Made by a program: the position numbers and the translations under genes
The notes under the pieces: model-generated
Databases searched by the model: none
What the model was told of the DNA's origin: nothing
What the model saw: only the letters and a program-made list of their open reading frames with translations
In this document: positions 1-8,958 of the stretch, in pieces
Position numbering within the stretch: position 1 is the first letter of the stretch
How the letters are laid out: each line of letters begins with the position of its first letter
Assembly: GCA_963704725.1 (NCBI GenBank)
Contig: OY969934.1
Location: 256,001-320,000 of the forward strand
Source of the DNA: an uncultured Actinomycetes bacterium
Lineage (GTDB): Bacteria > Actinomycetota > UBA4738 > HRBIN12
Reading direction: 5' to 3'
DNA: 64,000 nucleotides

Positions 1-1
1 C

Positions 2-79
2 GCCGACGCCGCCGCCGACCAGATGCGCTTCACCACGCTGTGGTGGGAGGTCGTCGCCGGGAGGCCCTCCGCGGCCTGA
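2..79 (+). CDS. 3' end of an unidentified gene (partial)
   Basis: Open frame ADAAADQMRFTTLWWEVVAGRPSAA* with GC3-rich codons running in from the window edge. Confidence 0.4.
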   Translation, partial: ADAAADQMRFTTLWWEVVAGRPSAA

Positions 80-113
80 CGAGCGGTGATCTCGAGGATG
101 ACGGTCCGATCCA

Positions 114-1304
114 TCACGGCCGCTCGAATCGGAGCGGATCGAACGGTGAGGGGTCGAACGGTGGAGCCTCGCCCAGAACGATCGATCGGACGAGCTGCGC
201 GGTGCCCGCTCCGAGGATGACGCCCTCGGAGCCGTGACCGCTCGCGAGGACCAGGCCGTCGGTGACGCGACCGATCAGGGGGCGCTCGTCGGGCGAAAGC
301 GGGCGGACGCCCGACCACGTCGCGACGATCGGCGCGTCGGCGAGGGCGGGGACCAGACGGATCGCCTGGCGCGCCACCGACCGCGGCACGTCGAGCCCGA
401 AGGCATCGGCGGCGAGCGCCGGCTCTCGCGAGGAGCCCGCGACGACGGAGCCGTCCGGGGCGGGCTGGATCATGGGCGACAGGTCCCGGGTCTCCGCGGC
501 CTCGACGAACGCTCCCATCGCGACCGTGTTCGGCGGGGGCTCCCGGGCGGCGACCGCCTCGTTCCCCGCGAGCAGCCGGCGCGCGCCGCTCTGGATCCAG
601 TGCCGGACCAGCGGCCGCCCCGGCATCGCCTGCACGAGCCAGCCGCGCGCCCCGGTGATCGGCAGCGCGAGCCCCAGCGGCCGGACGAGGGCCGCCGACC
701 ACGGGCCGGCGGCCAACACGACGATGTCGCCCGGGACGGGTCCGTCGTCGGTCATGACGCCCACGACGCGGTCGTCGCGCGCGATGAGCCGCCGAGCCGG
801 CGTGTGGTGCCGGACCGAGGCGCCGTTCCTCCCGGCCTCGGCGGCGAGGCACACGGTGAGGGCCGTGGGGTCCACGCGCCTCCCCTCGTGGAGCAGCCAC
901 GCCTCGAGCACGCCGGGTGAGAGCTCGGGCTCAAGCTCGCGCAGCGCTGGGCCCTCGACGGCCTCGACCTCGACCCCCACCGCCGTCGCGGAGGCCACCC
1001 ACGCCGCGAGGTCATCGACCTCGTCCTCGTCGAGGGTCACCGCGAGCGTGCCGAGCGGTGCGCCATCGAGGAAGACCGGGAACGGCGCCCGGTCGACGGC
1101 TTCCCCGTACACGGCGAGGCCGGCCCGGGCGAGCGGGGCGAGGACGGGATCCTTGGAGGTGTCGAGATAGCCGAGGTTCCGGCCCGACGCGCCGGCCGCG
1201 AGCTCGTCCTTCTCCAGGAGCGTGACCGAGGCCCCGGCGCCCGCGAGCTCCCGCGCGCAGGCGGCGCCGATGATCCCTCCGCCCACCACGATCACGTCCG
1301 GCAT
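114..1304 (-). CDS. FAD-dependent oxidoreductase, DAO/glycine oxidase family
   Basis: N-terminal VIVVGGGIIG Rossmann motif, GASGRN, WSGVRP, GHGSEG. Confidence 0.9.
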   Translation of the reverse strand: MPDVIVVGGGIIGAACARELAGAGASVTLLEKDELAAGASGRNLGYLDTSKDPVLAPLARAGLAVYGEAVDRAPFPVFLDGAPLGTLAVTLDEDEVDDLAAWVASATAVGVEVEAVEGPALRELEPELSPGVLEAWLLHEGRRVDPTALTVCLAAEAGRNGASVRHHTPARRLIARDDRVVGVMTDDGPVPGDIVVLAAGPWSAALVRPLGLALPITGARGWLVQAMPGRPLVRHWIQSGARRLLAGNEAVAAREPPPNTVAMGAFVEAAETRDLSPMIQPAPDGSVVAGSSREPALAADAFGLDVPRSVARQAIRLVPALADAPIVATWSGVRPLSPDERPLIGRVTDGLVLASGHGSEGVILGAGTAQLVRSIVLGEAPPFDPSPFDPLRFERP

Positions 1305-1347
1305 CGCCCGAAGACTACCGGCGGGCGCGTTCCGTAGAATCGCTCCC

Positions 1348-1439
1348 GGAGACGTGGCTGAGTGGCCGAAAGCAGCCGCCTGCTAAGCGGTTAGGGGGAT
1401 AACACTCCCTCACAGGTTCGAATCCTGTCGTCTCCGCCA
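1348..1439 (+). tRNA. tRNA-Ser(GCT)
   Basis: GGAGACG/CGTCTCC acceptor stem, anticodon loop CTGCTAA, long variable arm, GGTTCGAATCC, encoded CCA; TAGAAT -10 at 1335-1340. Confidence 0.97.
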
Positions 1440-1480
1440 CAGCTCCCGGCCGTTCCCGTCTTGTGCTGAAATGGGGTGCG

Positions 1481-2095
1481 ATGGGGGCTTCGAAAGCGTC
1501 GTTGAGGGTCCTCGTCGCGGACGGGCGGCCGGAACGGATGGACGAGGTCGGCCGCACCGTGGCGAGCCTCGGACACGAGGTGATCGCCCGGCAGGGCGAC
1601 CTGGCCGAGATCCGGCGGGCCACGGCGGTCGAGCGTCCGGACCTGGCCGTGGTGATCGTGGGCGAGAGCTCCGACGACGCGCTCCGGGCGATCGACCGGA
1701 TCGTGCAGGAAGCGGCGTGTCCCGTGATCGCGGTGCTTGACGTGCAGGACCGGGCGTTCGTCGAGCAGGCGGCGCGGCGAGGCATCTTCGCCTACATCAG
1801 TGGCGGGCAGGACCCGGTCGAGCTGCAGAGCTCGATCGACGTGACCCTGCAGCGGTTCGCGGAGTATCAGAACCTCGAGGGCGCCTTCGGCCGCCGGGCC
1901 ATCACCGAGCGGGCCAAGGGCATCCTGATGGAGCGGCACGGGATCGACGAGCACGCGGCGTTCGAGATGCTCCGCGACCACGCGCGCCGCAACGGGAAGA
2001 AGGTCGTCGACGTGGCCGAGGCCGTCGTCGCGAGCTTCCGGCTCCTGCCGGCCGGGGAGGCGGAGGGCGCCGGTCCCGGCGAGCCGTCGATCTAA
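1481..2095 (+). CDS. ANTAR-domain regulator with degenerate receiver domain
   Basis: C-terminal RAITERAKGILMERHGIDEHAAFEMLRDHAR ANTAR motif; REC-like N-terminus; start uncertain (1463-1481). Confidence 0.88.
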   Translation: MGASKASLRVLVADGRPERMDEVGRTVASLGHEVIARQGDLAEIRRATAVERPDLAVVIVGESSDDALRAIDRIVQEAACPVIAVLDVQDRAFVEQAARRGIFAYISGGQDPVELQSSIDVTLQRFAEYQNLEGAFGRRAITERAKGILMERHGIDEHAAFEMLRDHARRNGKKVVDVAEAVVASFRLLPAGEAEGAGPGEPSI

Positions 2096-3021
2096 CCCGA
2101 CCCGCGCGCGGCGCGACGCTCTTCGTAGTGCGTGGCCATGGCGTCGAGCATCGTCAGGTAGGTGGCGATCCCGTCGCGCGCCTGCTCGGCCTCTTCGGAC
2201 AGGCCGGTCAGCTCGTCGATCTTCCAGTGCGTGAACAGGATCGGCAGGACGACCTCGTCGTGGTGGATGCGGAGGTCGTAGATCCCCGCCTTGGCGATCT
2301 CGATCGCCTTCTGCTTGAACTCGGGGATGTCGAGTCCCGGCATGGCGAACCCCGTGACCTGGCGGTTGATCGCCAGCAGCATCTCCGACGGCGCGATCTC
2401 CAGGGCGGCCTTGCCGAGCTCCCGGTAGAAGACGTAGTGGAGGTTCTCGTCGGTGGCGATCCGGGCGGTCAGCTTCTCGATCAGGGGGTCCTGCGTGAAC
2501 GTGCCGGTGTTGCGATGCGCGATCCGCGTGGCGAGCTCCTGCAGCGTGGTGTACACGACGCCGTCGAGCGGGTCGAAGGACCCCTCGTGGCCGTCCGGGT
2601 AGTAGCCGCGCGAGACCTGGTCCATCCGACCGCGCTCCAGCACGACCGGGTCGGCGCCTCGCGTGACCGTCAGGTAGTCGCGCAGGACGATGGCGTGCCG
2701 GCCCTCCTCGGCCGTCCACCGCCGGACCCACTCACCCCACGGCCCGCCGCGCCCGAACATCTCCCACAGCGCGAGGTGGTAGTAGGGCAGGTTGTCCTCG
2801 GTCAGCAGGTTCACCTCGAGCGCGGTTCGGGAGACGATGCCGAGCGCGCTGTCGGTCTCCTCCCAGGGCTCGTCCTGGTAGTTGCGGCCGACCTCGTACG
2901 GGACGTACTCGTGCGGGAACCACTCGGTGGCGGCCGACAGGTGCCGCTGCAGGCCGCGGAGCATGGTCGGCTCGAGCAGCTTCAGCATCTCGGCGGGCGG
3001 GGTCGGTCGGGGGTTCGTCAT
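2092..3021 (-). CDS. acyl-ACP desaturase (DesA-like di-iron enzyme)
   Basis: WFPHEYVP, LLTEDNLPYYH, WTAEEGRH, QELATRIAHRNTG, DENLH motifs. Confidence 0.93.
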   Translation of the reverse strand: MTNPRPTPPAEMLKLLEPTMLRGLQRHLSAATEWFPHEYVPYEVGRNYQDEPWEETDSALGIVSRTALEVNLLTEDNLPYYHLALWEMFGRGGPWGEWVRRWTAEEGRHAIVLRDYLTVTRGADPVVLERGRMDQVSRGYYPDGHEGSFDPLDGVVYTTLQELATRIAHRNTGTFTQDPLIEKLTARIATDENLHYVFYRELGKAALEIAPSEMLLAINRQVTGFAMPGLDIPEFKQKAIEIAKAGIYDLRIHHDEVVLPILFTHWKIDELTGLSEEAEQARDGIATYLTMLDAMATHYEERRAARGSG

Positions 3022-3380
3022 CGGGGATCCCCTTCGTCGGGATCGGCGTCCCCGCGGCGAGGATCCGCGCGCAGGGCCATCCGCCTGCCGTCGGCGAGGA
3101 ACTTCTCCACCACGGCGAACCGACCGTTCTCCGAGATCAGCCGGTCGATCTCGGGGTTCTCGTGGTCGAGCGCGATGGCGAAGTGCGTCCCGACGGTGCG
3201 AACCTGCTCGTACTCGTTCCGCGTGAGCTCCAGCAGGGACGGACAGCCGGGGAAGCTGCATTCACAGACGTAGCTGTGTGCCGGATGGTCGTCGCCGAAC
3301 TCGTCGTTGGCTCGTTCGATCCACTCGTTGCGGTCGCGCGAGCGCAACTCATACGCCACCGCCTGCTCGCGCCAGTCCAT
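3018..3380 (-). CDS. hypothetical protein with CECxxxxC motif
   Basis: 120-aa ORF, GAAGGG SD-like site, stop overlaps the desaturase ATG (ATGA). Confidence 0.75.
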   Translation of the reverse strand: MDWREQAVAYELRSRDRNEWIERANDEFGDDHPAHSYVCECSFPGCPSLLELTRNEYEQVRTVGTHFAIALDHENPEIDRLISENGRFAVVEKFLADGRRMALRADPRRGDADPDEGDPR

Positions 3381-3539
3381 GGGTGCCCTTCAACATCGAA
3401 CGTTCAGCCGAGTGTTGGGGCTGATCCGATGCGGCCGGTGGCTGGGGCCGTGGATCCGCTCACGGTACGTGAGCACCTCGAGTATACGAGGACCGTGGTA
3501 CGTTGCATAGACGGTCTACCTCTTCGAAAGGGGCCGGCG

Positions 3540-3671
3540 ATGGCCAACAAGGACAAGGGCGGCTCGAAGAGCTCGAAGACCGCGGCGAGCAAGTCGCTGA
3601 AGGAGAAGCGCCAGGCCAAGAAGGACAAGGCCGCCCGGGCTTCCTCCTCGCACCTCTCGACCGGCAAGTAG
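3540..3671 (+). CDS. 43-aa Lys/Ser-rich small protein
   Basis: MANKDKGGSKSSKTAASKSLKEKRQAKKDK...; GAAAGGGG SD; Lys encoded as AAG throughout. Confidence 0.7.
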   Translation: MANKDKGGSKSSKTAASKSLKEKRQAKKDKAARASSSHLSTGK

Positions 3672-3681
3672 CCCGGTCGTG

Positions 3682-3987
3682 CTACGTGATCGGCGTCGCG
3701 ACCTGTGTGGCGTCCACGAACGTGATCGTGAACGGGGGCAGTCCGAGCTTGGTCCACAGCCCCTGGGCGCGGTCCCGCAGGGCCCGTTCGGCCTCGGAGC
3801 GCGCGGCCATGTCGGTCGTCCCTCCCACGGTCACCTGAACGAGGACGTTCCCTCCATCCCCGCGGGTGAGGACGGGGAGCACGCCGCCCGACGTCAGCAG
3901 ATCGGTGAGCTCGCGGATGCCGTCGTCGCTCAGAGCGCCGCCGTCGTCACGAGCGATCTCCAGGCGAACCACCCACGTTCTGCGCAT
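3682..3987 (-). CDS. hypothetical protein
   Basis: 101-aa ORF; TAGAAT 7 nt before ATG (leaderless pattern). Confidence 0.65.
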   Translation of the reverse strand: MRRTWVVRLEIARDDGGALSDDGIRELTDLLTSGGVLPVLTRGDGGNVLVQVTVGGTTDMAARSEAERALRDRAQGLWTKLGLPPFTITFVDATQVATPIT

Positions 3988-4037
3988 CGAGGCGATTCTA
4001 GCCGGGGTGCCGCAGCCACAGACCGGAAGGCGGACCG

Positions 4038-4691
4038 ATGAGCGGAACCTCCAGGATCCCGATGCGGAACTACCTCGTCCCCGTGGTCGTCGAGCAGACC
4101 TCGCGTGGGGAGCGCTCGTTCGATATCTACTCCCGCCTGCTGAAGGACCGGATCGTGTTCCTCGGCACGCCGATCGACGACAACGTGGGCAACCTCATCA
4201 TGGCCCAGCTCCTGCATCTGGAATCCGAGGACCCCGACAAGGACGTGAACCTCTACATCAACTCACCGGGCGGGGACATCACCGCGCTGTTCGCGATCTA
4301 CGACACGATGCAGTACATCCGCTGTGACGTCTCGACCACCGTGATGGGTCAGGCGGCGTCCGCCGCCGCCGTGCTCGCGCTCTCCGGGACCAAGGGCAAG
4401 CGCTTCGCGCTGCCGCACTCCCGCATCCTGCTGCACCAGCCGCATGGCGGAGCGGAGGGCCAGGCCGTCGACATCGAGATCCAGGCGAGGGAGATGACCC
4501 GCTACCGCAAGCTGCTCGAGCAGCTGATCTCTGAGCACACGGGCCAGCCCCTCGAGATCGTGGCCAGGGACACGGACCGCGACTTCATCCTCACCGCCGA
4601 GGCCGCCGTCGAGTACGGCGTCGTCGACGAGATCATCACGTCCCGCGGTCTGGCGCCCGAGCTCGCCTCGGTGGCCGGCGCGAGCCCGTAG
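4038..4691 (+). CDS. clpP: ATP-dependent Clp protease proteolytic subunit (stand-alone paralog)
   Basis: [28 protein letters not shown] (Ser), LHQP (His), DRD (Asp). Confidence 0.97.
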   Translation: MSGTSRIPMRNYLVPVVVEQTSRGERSFDIYSRLLKDRIVFLGTPIDDNVGNLIMAQLLHLESEDPDKDVNLYINSPGGDITALFAIYDTMQYIRCDVSTTVMGQAASAAAVLALSGTKGKRFALPHSRILLHQPHGGAEGQAVDIEIQAREMTRYRKLLEQLISEHTGQPLEIVARDTDRDFILTAEAAVEYGVVDEIITSRGLAPELASVAGASP

Positions 4692-4761
4692 CCACCCCCC
4701 GAGGACCGAGGCCGGGTCGGGTCGCTAGACTGGTGAGCTGCTCGCGTTCTCGCGAGCGCGG

Positions 4762-4834
4762 GCGCCGGTAGCTCAATGGATAGAGCATCTGACTACGGAT
4801 CAGAAGGTTGGGGGTTCGACTCCCTCCCGGCGCG
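4762..4834 (+). tRNA. tRNA-Arg(ACG)
   Basis: GCGCCGG/CCGGCGC acceptor, TAGCTCAATGGATAGAGC D arm, CTACGGA anticodon loop, GGTTCGACTCC; TAGACT -10 at 4726-4731. Confidence 0.97.
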
Positions 4835-4876
4835 CTGAACGGGCCCCAGGTCGATCGATCGGACAATCTCGCCGAC

Positions 4877-5920
4877 TCAGGCCGCCCCTGCCACAGCGGT
4901 CGGAGCCGGGCGGACCTGGTTGCGACCGTTCCGCTTCGCCGCATACAGGCGAGCGTCCGCATCTCGGAACACCGCGTCGTAGACGAAGGGCGCTCCGGGC
5001 GCGGAGGCAGCCACGCCGAAGCTCATCGTCACGCGGTGTCCTCCGAGGGGGCCGGCCGCGACCGCCGCGCGCAGGCGCTCTGCCACGAGCACGGACCCCT
5101 CGAGGTCGGCGCCCGGAAGCAGCACGAGGAACTCCTCTCCACCGAGGCGATAGGACAGGTCGAACGCTCGGAGCTGCTTGCGCATCTCGTAGGCGACGTC
5201 CTTGAGGACGGCGTCACCGACGGCGTGCCCGTACGTGTCGTTGATCCGCTTGAAGCGATCGAGGTCTCCCACGATCAACCCGATCGGCTGCGCAGTGATC
5301 CTCGACTGCTGCTCGAGCTCGGCCTGTCGACGCGCGAGCGCGGTCCGGTTGAGCATCCCGGTCAGCGAGTCGAGCACCGCTTCCGCTCGGTACTTGACCT
5401 CGGACCGCATCAGGACCATCTGGAACAGGGCCACGCACGCGATGAGGGCGACGGGCGCGATCAGCAGCGGGGGGTCGTCGAGCACCGCCTGGGCGTTCAC
5501 CCCGAAGGCGACGGCGGTGATCAGGGCGACCGAGATGCCCACTCCGAGCACGATGCCGCGCTCGGAGAACCGGGCACCGAGCGTCAGGACCGGAACCGCG
5601 AACCACGCCATCGTCGGCACCAGCGGCCCTCCGGAGATCGCGACGCTGATCGCCATGATCACCTGCGACGTCGTCCACGCGGCGAACAGGGCGTATTCAG
5701 GTCGCTTCGAGTGCTCGATCCTGGTCTCGGCCAGGCGGAACGCGATCGCCGCCAGAACCAGCGGCACGATCGTCCACCAGCCGAGCCACGGACCCGAGGC
5801 AAGGAGGGCGAGGCCGAGGACGCCGATCGAGGCTCGTCGGACGGGTTGGAGCAGGCGGTCCATCTCGAGCATGCGTTCGCGGTCCGCGTCCCGTGGGACC
5901 AGCCAGGATCCGTCGCCCAT
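4877..5920 (-). CDS. membrane-bound diguanylate cyclase (GGDEF)
   Basis: Several TM segments, then DSLTGMLNR, DLDRFKRINDTYGHAVGD, RLGGEEF. Confidence 0.95.
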   Translation of the reverse strand: MGDGSWLVPRDADRERMLEMDRLLQPVRRASIGVLGLALLASGPWLGWWTIVPLVLAAIAFRLAETRIEHSKRPEYALFAAWTTSQVIMAISVAISGGPLVPTMAWFAVPVLTLGARFSERGIVLGVGISVALITAVAFGVNAQAVLDDPPLLIAPVALIACVALFQMVLMRSEVKYRAEAVLDSLTGMLNRTALARRQAELEQQSRITAQPIGLIVGDLDRFKRINDTYGHAVGDAVLKDVAYEMRKQLRAFDLSYRLGGEEFLVLLPGADLEGSVLVAERLRAAVAAGPLGGHRVTMSFGVAASAPGAPFVYDAVFRDADARLYAAKRNGRNQVRPAPTAVAGAA

Positions 5921-6022
5921 ACCCGCGACGTCGGCCTCCAGACGACGGCCTTAAGTCCTGGCAGGGGGCCGGCCGCGCCCGCCCGTGCCTGCCGTGGACC
6001 GGGATCCGTCCGACGGCCGGGG

Positions 6023-6361
6023 CTATTCCAGCTTGAAGTCGCCTGGGGCGGCCTCGGATGCCGAACCGGTGGCCGGCTCCGGCGCCTCGCTCGCGGCGGG
6101 GGCCTCCGAGGCGGCCGGTGTCTCGCTGGTCTCCTCGGCGATCTTGGCCTCGAGGTCCTTGATCTCGGCGACGAGGGCGTCCGCCTCCGCACCGCCCCCG
6201 GTGCCCTCCCTGACGACGAGGTAGCCGAGCCGCTTGGCGGCGTCGTCGGCCTTCCGCCGGAGCTGGGCGTCCCCGACCTTCTCCTTGATCTGCGCCGTGC
6301 CCTTCTTGGCCTCGGTCGCGGCCTTCTCGGCCGCCGCCTTGACCTTGTCCATCAGTCCCAT
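6023..6361 (-). CDS. hypothetical protein (Lys/Ala helical N-terminus, acidic tail)
   Basis: MGLMDKVKAAAEKAA...; strong GGAGGAGG SD. Confidence 0.8.
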   Translation of the reverse strand: MGLMDKVKAAAEKAATEAKKGTAQIKEKVGDAQLRRKADDAAKRLGYLVVREGTGGGAEADALVAEIKDLEAKIAEETSETPAASEAPAASEAPEPATGSASEAAPGDFKLE

Positions 6362-6388
6362 GGCGCCTCCTCCTCCGCTCTCGCCGTC

Positions 6389-7192
6389 CTAGTCCGTGCT
6401 CCCGCCGAGCAGCCCCCGGATCGAGCCGGCCGTCCCCTCCGTCGAGGCCTGGCCACCGGCGTGGGCCAGGGTCCTGGCGAGAGCCACCATCGACACCGAC
6501 TGCAGCACCACCTTGCCGTCGCCCTCCAGCGTCGCGAGGGTCATCCCCTCACCGCCGAAGAACGCCGTCTTCAGACCCTTGGCGTCGAACTTGCCGATCC
6601 GCTCGACCCCGTACGTGATGCCATCCTCGAACGCCACGAGGCATCCCGTGTCCACCTGGATCTTCCCACCGTACTGCGAGGGGTTCAGCTCGATGAAGTT
6701 CCCCCCGCCGGCGATGAACAGCGACCCCTCGCCGGTGAAGCGCTCCAGGATGAAGCCCTCGCCGCCCTTGCGGCCGACGGAGAAGCCGGCCCACTTGATG
6801 TCGAACCGCACCGAGCCCTCGGCGGCGACGAAGGCGTCCTTCTCCGCCGTCCACCCCTTGGCCCCGTCGAGCTGGATCTCGCGCATCTCACCCGGGAGGT
6901 TGCCCGCGAACGCGATCAGCCCGGAGCCACCGACCGGCGTGAAGTACTGGAAGGCCAGCGACTCGCCGGCGAGCGCGCGCTTGCCCATCTCCTTGGCGGC
7001 GCCCGCGGCCTTGGCGAGCAGGCCCTTGCTCGCCTCGCCGTCACCGCCGTCGGGAGTGGAGAAACGCGTCTCCACCTCGACGTTGGCCGTCTTCCACAGG
7101 AACTTGCCGGCCTCGCAGTACATCGTCTGATCGGCGTCGAGCTGGCAGACGGCCATCTGGCTGGCCGTGCCCTTGATCTGATGCTTGATCAC
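6389..7192 (-). CDS. AIM24 family protein
   Basis: ALAGESL, GGEGFILERFTGEG, VDTGCLVAF, FFGGEG repeats; AGGAGG SD before GTG. Confidence 0.9.
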   Translation of the reverse strand: MIKHQIKGTASQMAVCQLDADQTMYCEAGKFLWKTANVEVETRFSTPDGGDGEASKGLLAKAAGAAKEMGKRALAGESLAFQYFTPVGGSGLIAFAGNLPGEMREIQLDGAKGWTAEKDAFVAAEGSVRFDIKWAGFSVGRKGGEGFILERFTGEGSLFIAGGGNFIELNPSQYGGKIQVDTGCLVAFEDGITYGVERIGKFDAKGLKTAFFGGEGMTLATLEGDGKVVLQSVSMVALARTLAHAGGQASTEGTAGSIRGLLGGSTD

Positions 7193-7283
7193 CGCGTCCT
7201 CCTGCCCTCGGCGGCCCTGCGACCAGCATGCACCGTTCCGCGAGGGGGCGCCGGGCGGTCGGCGGGTCGCGCAGGCGGCTCGT

Positions 7284-7487
7284 TCAGCTCCAGGGGAGTC
7301 GTCGCAGCTGGCCCGCGATGTGACCGGCGCGGCCTTCGTGCAGGGAGCAGAGCGATGAGGGGTTGTAGATCGAGAGCACCGTGGTGCACCCCTCGGCCTG
7401 GCAGACACGACCGGGCCGGTAGCTGCGGCACTCGATCTTCGACCCGACGACGGGGCGGGCGTGCAGGGGCATGCGCGACTCGTTCAT
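7284..7487 (-). CDS. small putative Zn-finger protein
   Basis: GRVCQAEGCTTVLSIYNPSSLCSLH (Cx4C-x12-CxxH); TACCGT 6 nt before ATG. Confidence 0.65.
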   Translation of the reverse strand: MNESRMPLHARPVVGSKIECRSYRPGRVCQAEGCTTVLSIYNPSSLCSLHEGRAGHIAGQLRRLPWS

Positions 7488-7692
7488 TCGAGCACGGTAC
7501 CCCCGCCCCCGAGCGCGCCGTGAGGGCCGACGGTCCCGGCGAAGGGTGGGCGGGAGGTCCCGGGAGTGGCGGCCGTTCGGCCTCCTCCGTCCGTCGCCGG
7601 CGGCGGGGTCGGCGGGCGCGCTCCGCAGCGGGTTGCCGAACCGACACTCCCGCGGGTCCAATGGAACGGTTCCCGCCGGCGAGGAGCGTTGG

Positions 7693-8664
7693 ATGGACTA
7701 CCGTCATCTGGGCCGCTTCGGCCTCACCGTCAGCCCTCTGTGCCTCGGGACGATGAACTTCGGGCCCGAGACCCCCCAGGCCGACGGCCACGCGATCATG
7801 GATCGGGCGCTCGAGCTCGGCATCAACTTCTTCGACACGGCGAACGTCTACGGCCGCAGCAAGGGGGTCGGGGCGACCGAGACCATCGTGGGGAAGTGGC
7901 TGGCGCAGGGGGGCGGCCGGCGTGAGCGGGTGGTCCTGGCCACCAAGGTCTACGGCCAGATGGGGAAGTGGCCGAACGAGTCCCGGCTCTCCGCGCTCGG
8001 CATCCGTCGCGCCTGCGAGGAGTCGCTTCGGCGCCTGCAGACCGACCATGTCGACCTGTACCAGATGCACCACATCGATCGGGGGGCGCCGCTCGACGAG
8101 CTCTGGCAGGCGTTCGAGCTGCTGGTGCAGCAGGGCAAGGTCCTCTACGTGGGCTCGAGCAACTTCGCCGGCTGGCACATCGCCCGCGCGAACGAGGCGG
8201 CGAGGGCTAAGCACCTCCTGGGCCTCGTCTCCGAGCAGTGTCTCTACAACCTCGCGGAGCGCTCGAGCGAGCTCGAGGTGCTTCCCGCCTGCGAGGCCTA
8301 CGGCATGGGCGTGTTGCCGTACAGCCCGCTCGCCGGCGGCCTGCTGGGCGGCGTCCTGACCGAGACCGAGCGCGGCCGGCGGGCCGGCCGGGGCATCCAG
8401 GGGGAGCTCGCCGAGCGCCGGGAGCAGATCGAGGCGTACGAGAGGCTCTGCGCCGACCTGGGGGAGCCCCCCGCCGCCGTTGCGCTCGCGTGGGTCCTCG
8501 CCAACCCCGTCGTGACGGCGCCGATCCTAGGGCCTCGAACGCTCGACCAGCTCGAGGGCGCGATGCGGTCCTTGGAGGTGACGCTCGACCGGGACACGAT
8601 GAAGCGCCTCGATCGACTGTTCCCGGGCCCGGGCGGGGCGGCGCCGGAGGCCTACGCCTGGTAG
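7693..8664 (+). CDS. aldo/keto reductase
   Basis: LCLGTMNFG, INFFDTANVYG, LATK, LQTDHVDLYQMH, YSPLAGG; GAGGAG SD. Confidence 0.96.
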   Translation: MDYRHLGRFGLTVSPLCLGTMNFGPETPQADGHAIMDRALELGINFFDTANVYGRSKGVGATETIVGKWLAQGGGRRERVVLATKVYGQMGKWPNESRLSALGIRRACEESLRRLQTDHVDLYQMHHIDRGAPLDELWQAFELLVQQGKVLYVGSSNFAGWHIARANEAARAKHLLGLVSEQCLYNLAERSSELEVLPACEAYGMGVLPYSPLAGGLLGGVLTETERGRRAGRGIQGELAERREQIEAYERLCADLGEPPAAVALAWVLANPVVTAPILGPRTLDQLEGAMRSLEVTLDRDTMKRLDRLFPGPGGAAPEAYAW

Positions 8665-8697
8665 GGAGGCGACTCGACCCAGGTGTATGGTCGGCCG

Positions 8698-8883
8698 GTG
8701 GCCGAGGACGAGGCGCGGCAGCCCACGGGTTCCGAGTTCGCGGCGCTTTCGCAGGAGGAACGCGCCGTGCTGCTGAAGGTCGTCGACGTCCTGCGGAAGA
8801 TCAACTTCGGGACCGTTCTCCTGGTGGTTCAGGACGGCAAGGTCGTGCAGATCGAGATGGCGGAGAAGATCCGTCTCCGCTGA
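8698..8883 (+). CDS. YezD/DUF2292 family small protein, copy 1
   Basis: LRKINFGTVLLVVQDGKVVQIEMAEKIRL; TATGGT -10 6 nt before GTG. Confidence 0.88.
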   Translation: MAEDEARQPTGSEFAALSQEERAVLLKVVDVLRKINFGTVLLVVQDGKVVQIEMAEKIRLR

Positions 8884-8920
8884 ATCACCGAAACACCACG
8901 AAGTGTGGCCCTTCGGGTCG

Positions 8921-8950
8921 TTGACACGCCGTTCGTTCTCCTGATATCCC
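8921..8950 (+). promoter_or_regulatory. sigma70-type promoter of the sulfate ABC operon
   Basis: TTGACA at 8921-8926, 18-nt spacer, TGn-TATCCC (imperfect -10). Confidence 0.55.
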
Positions 8951-8958
8951 TGACCTGT

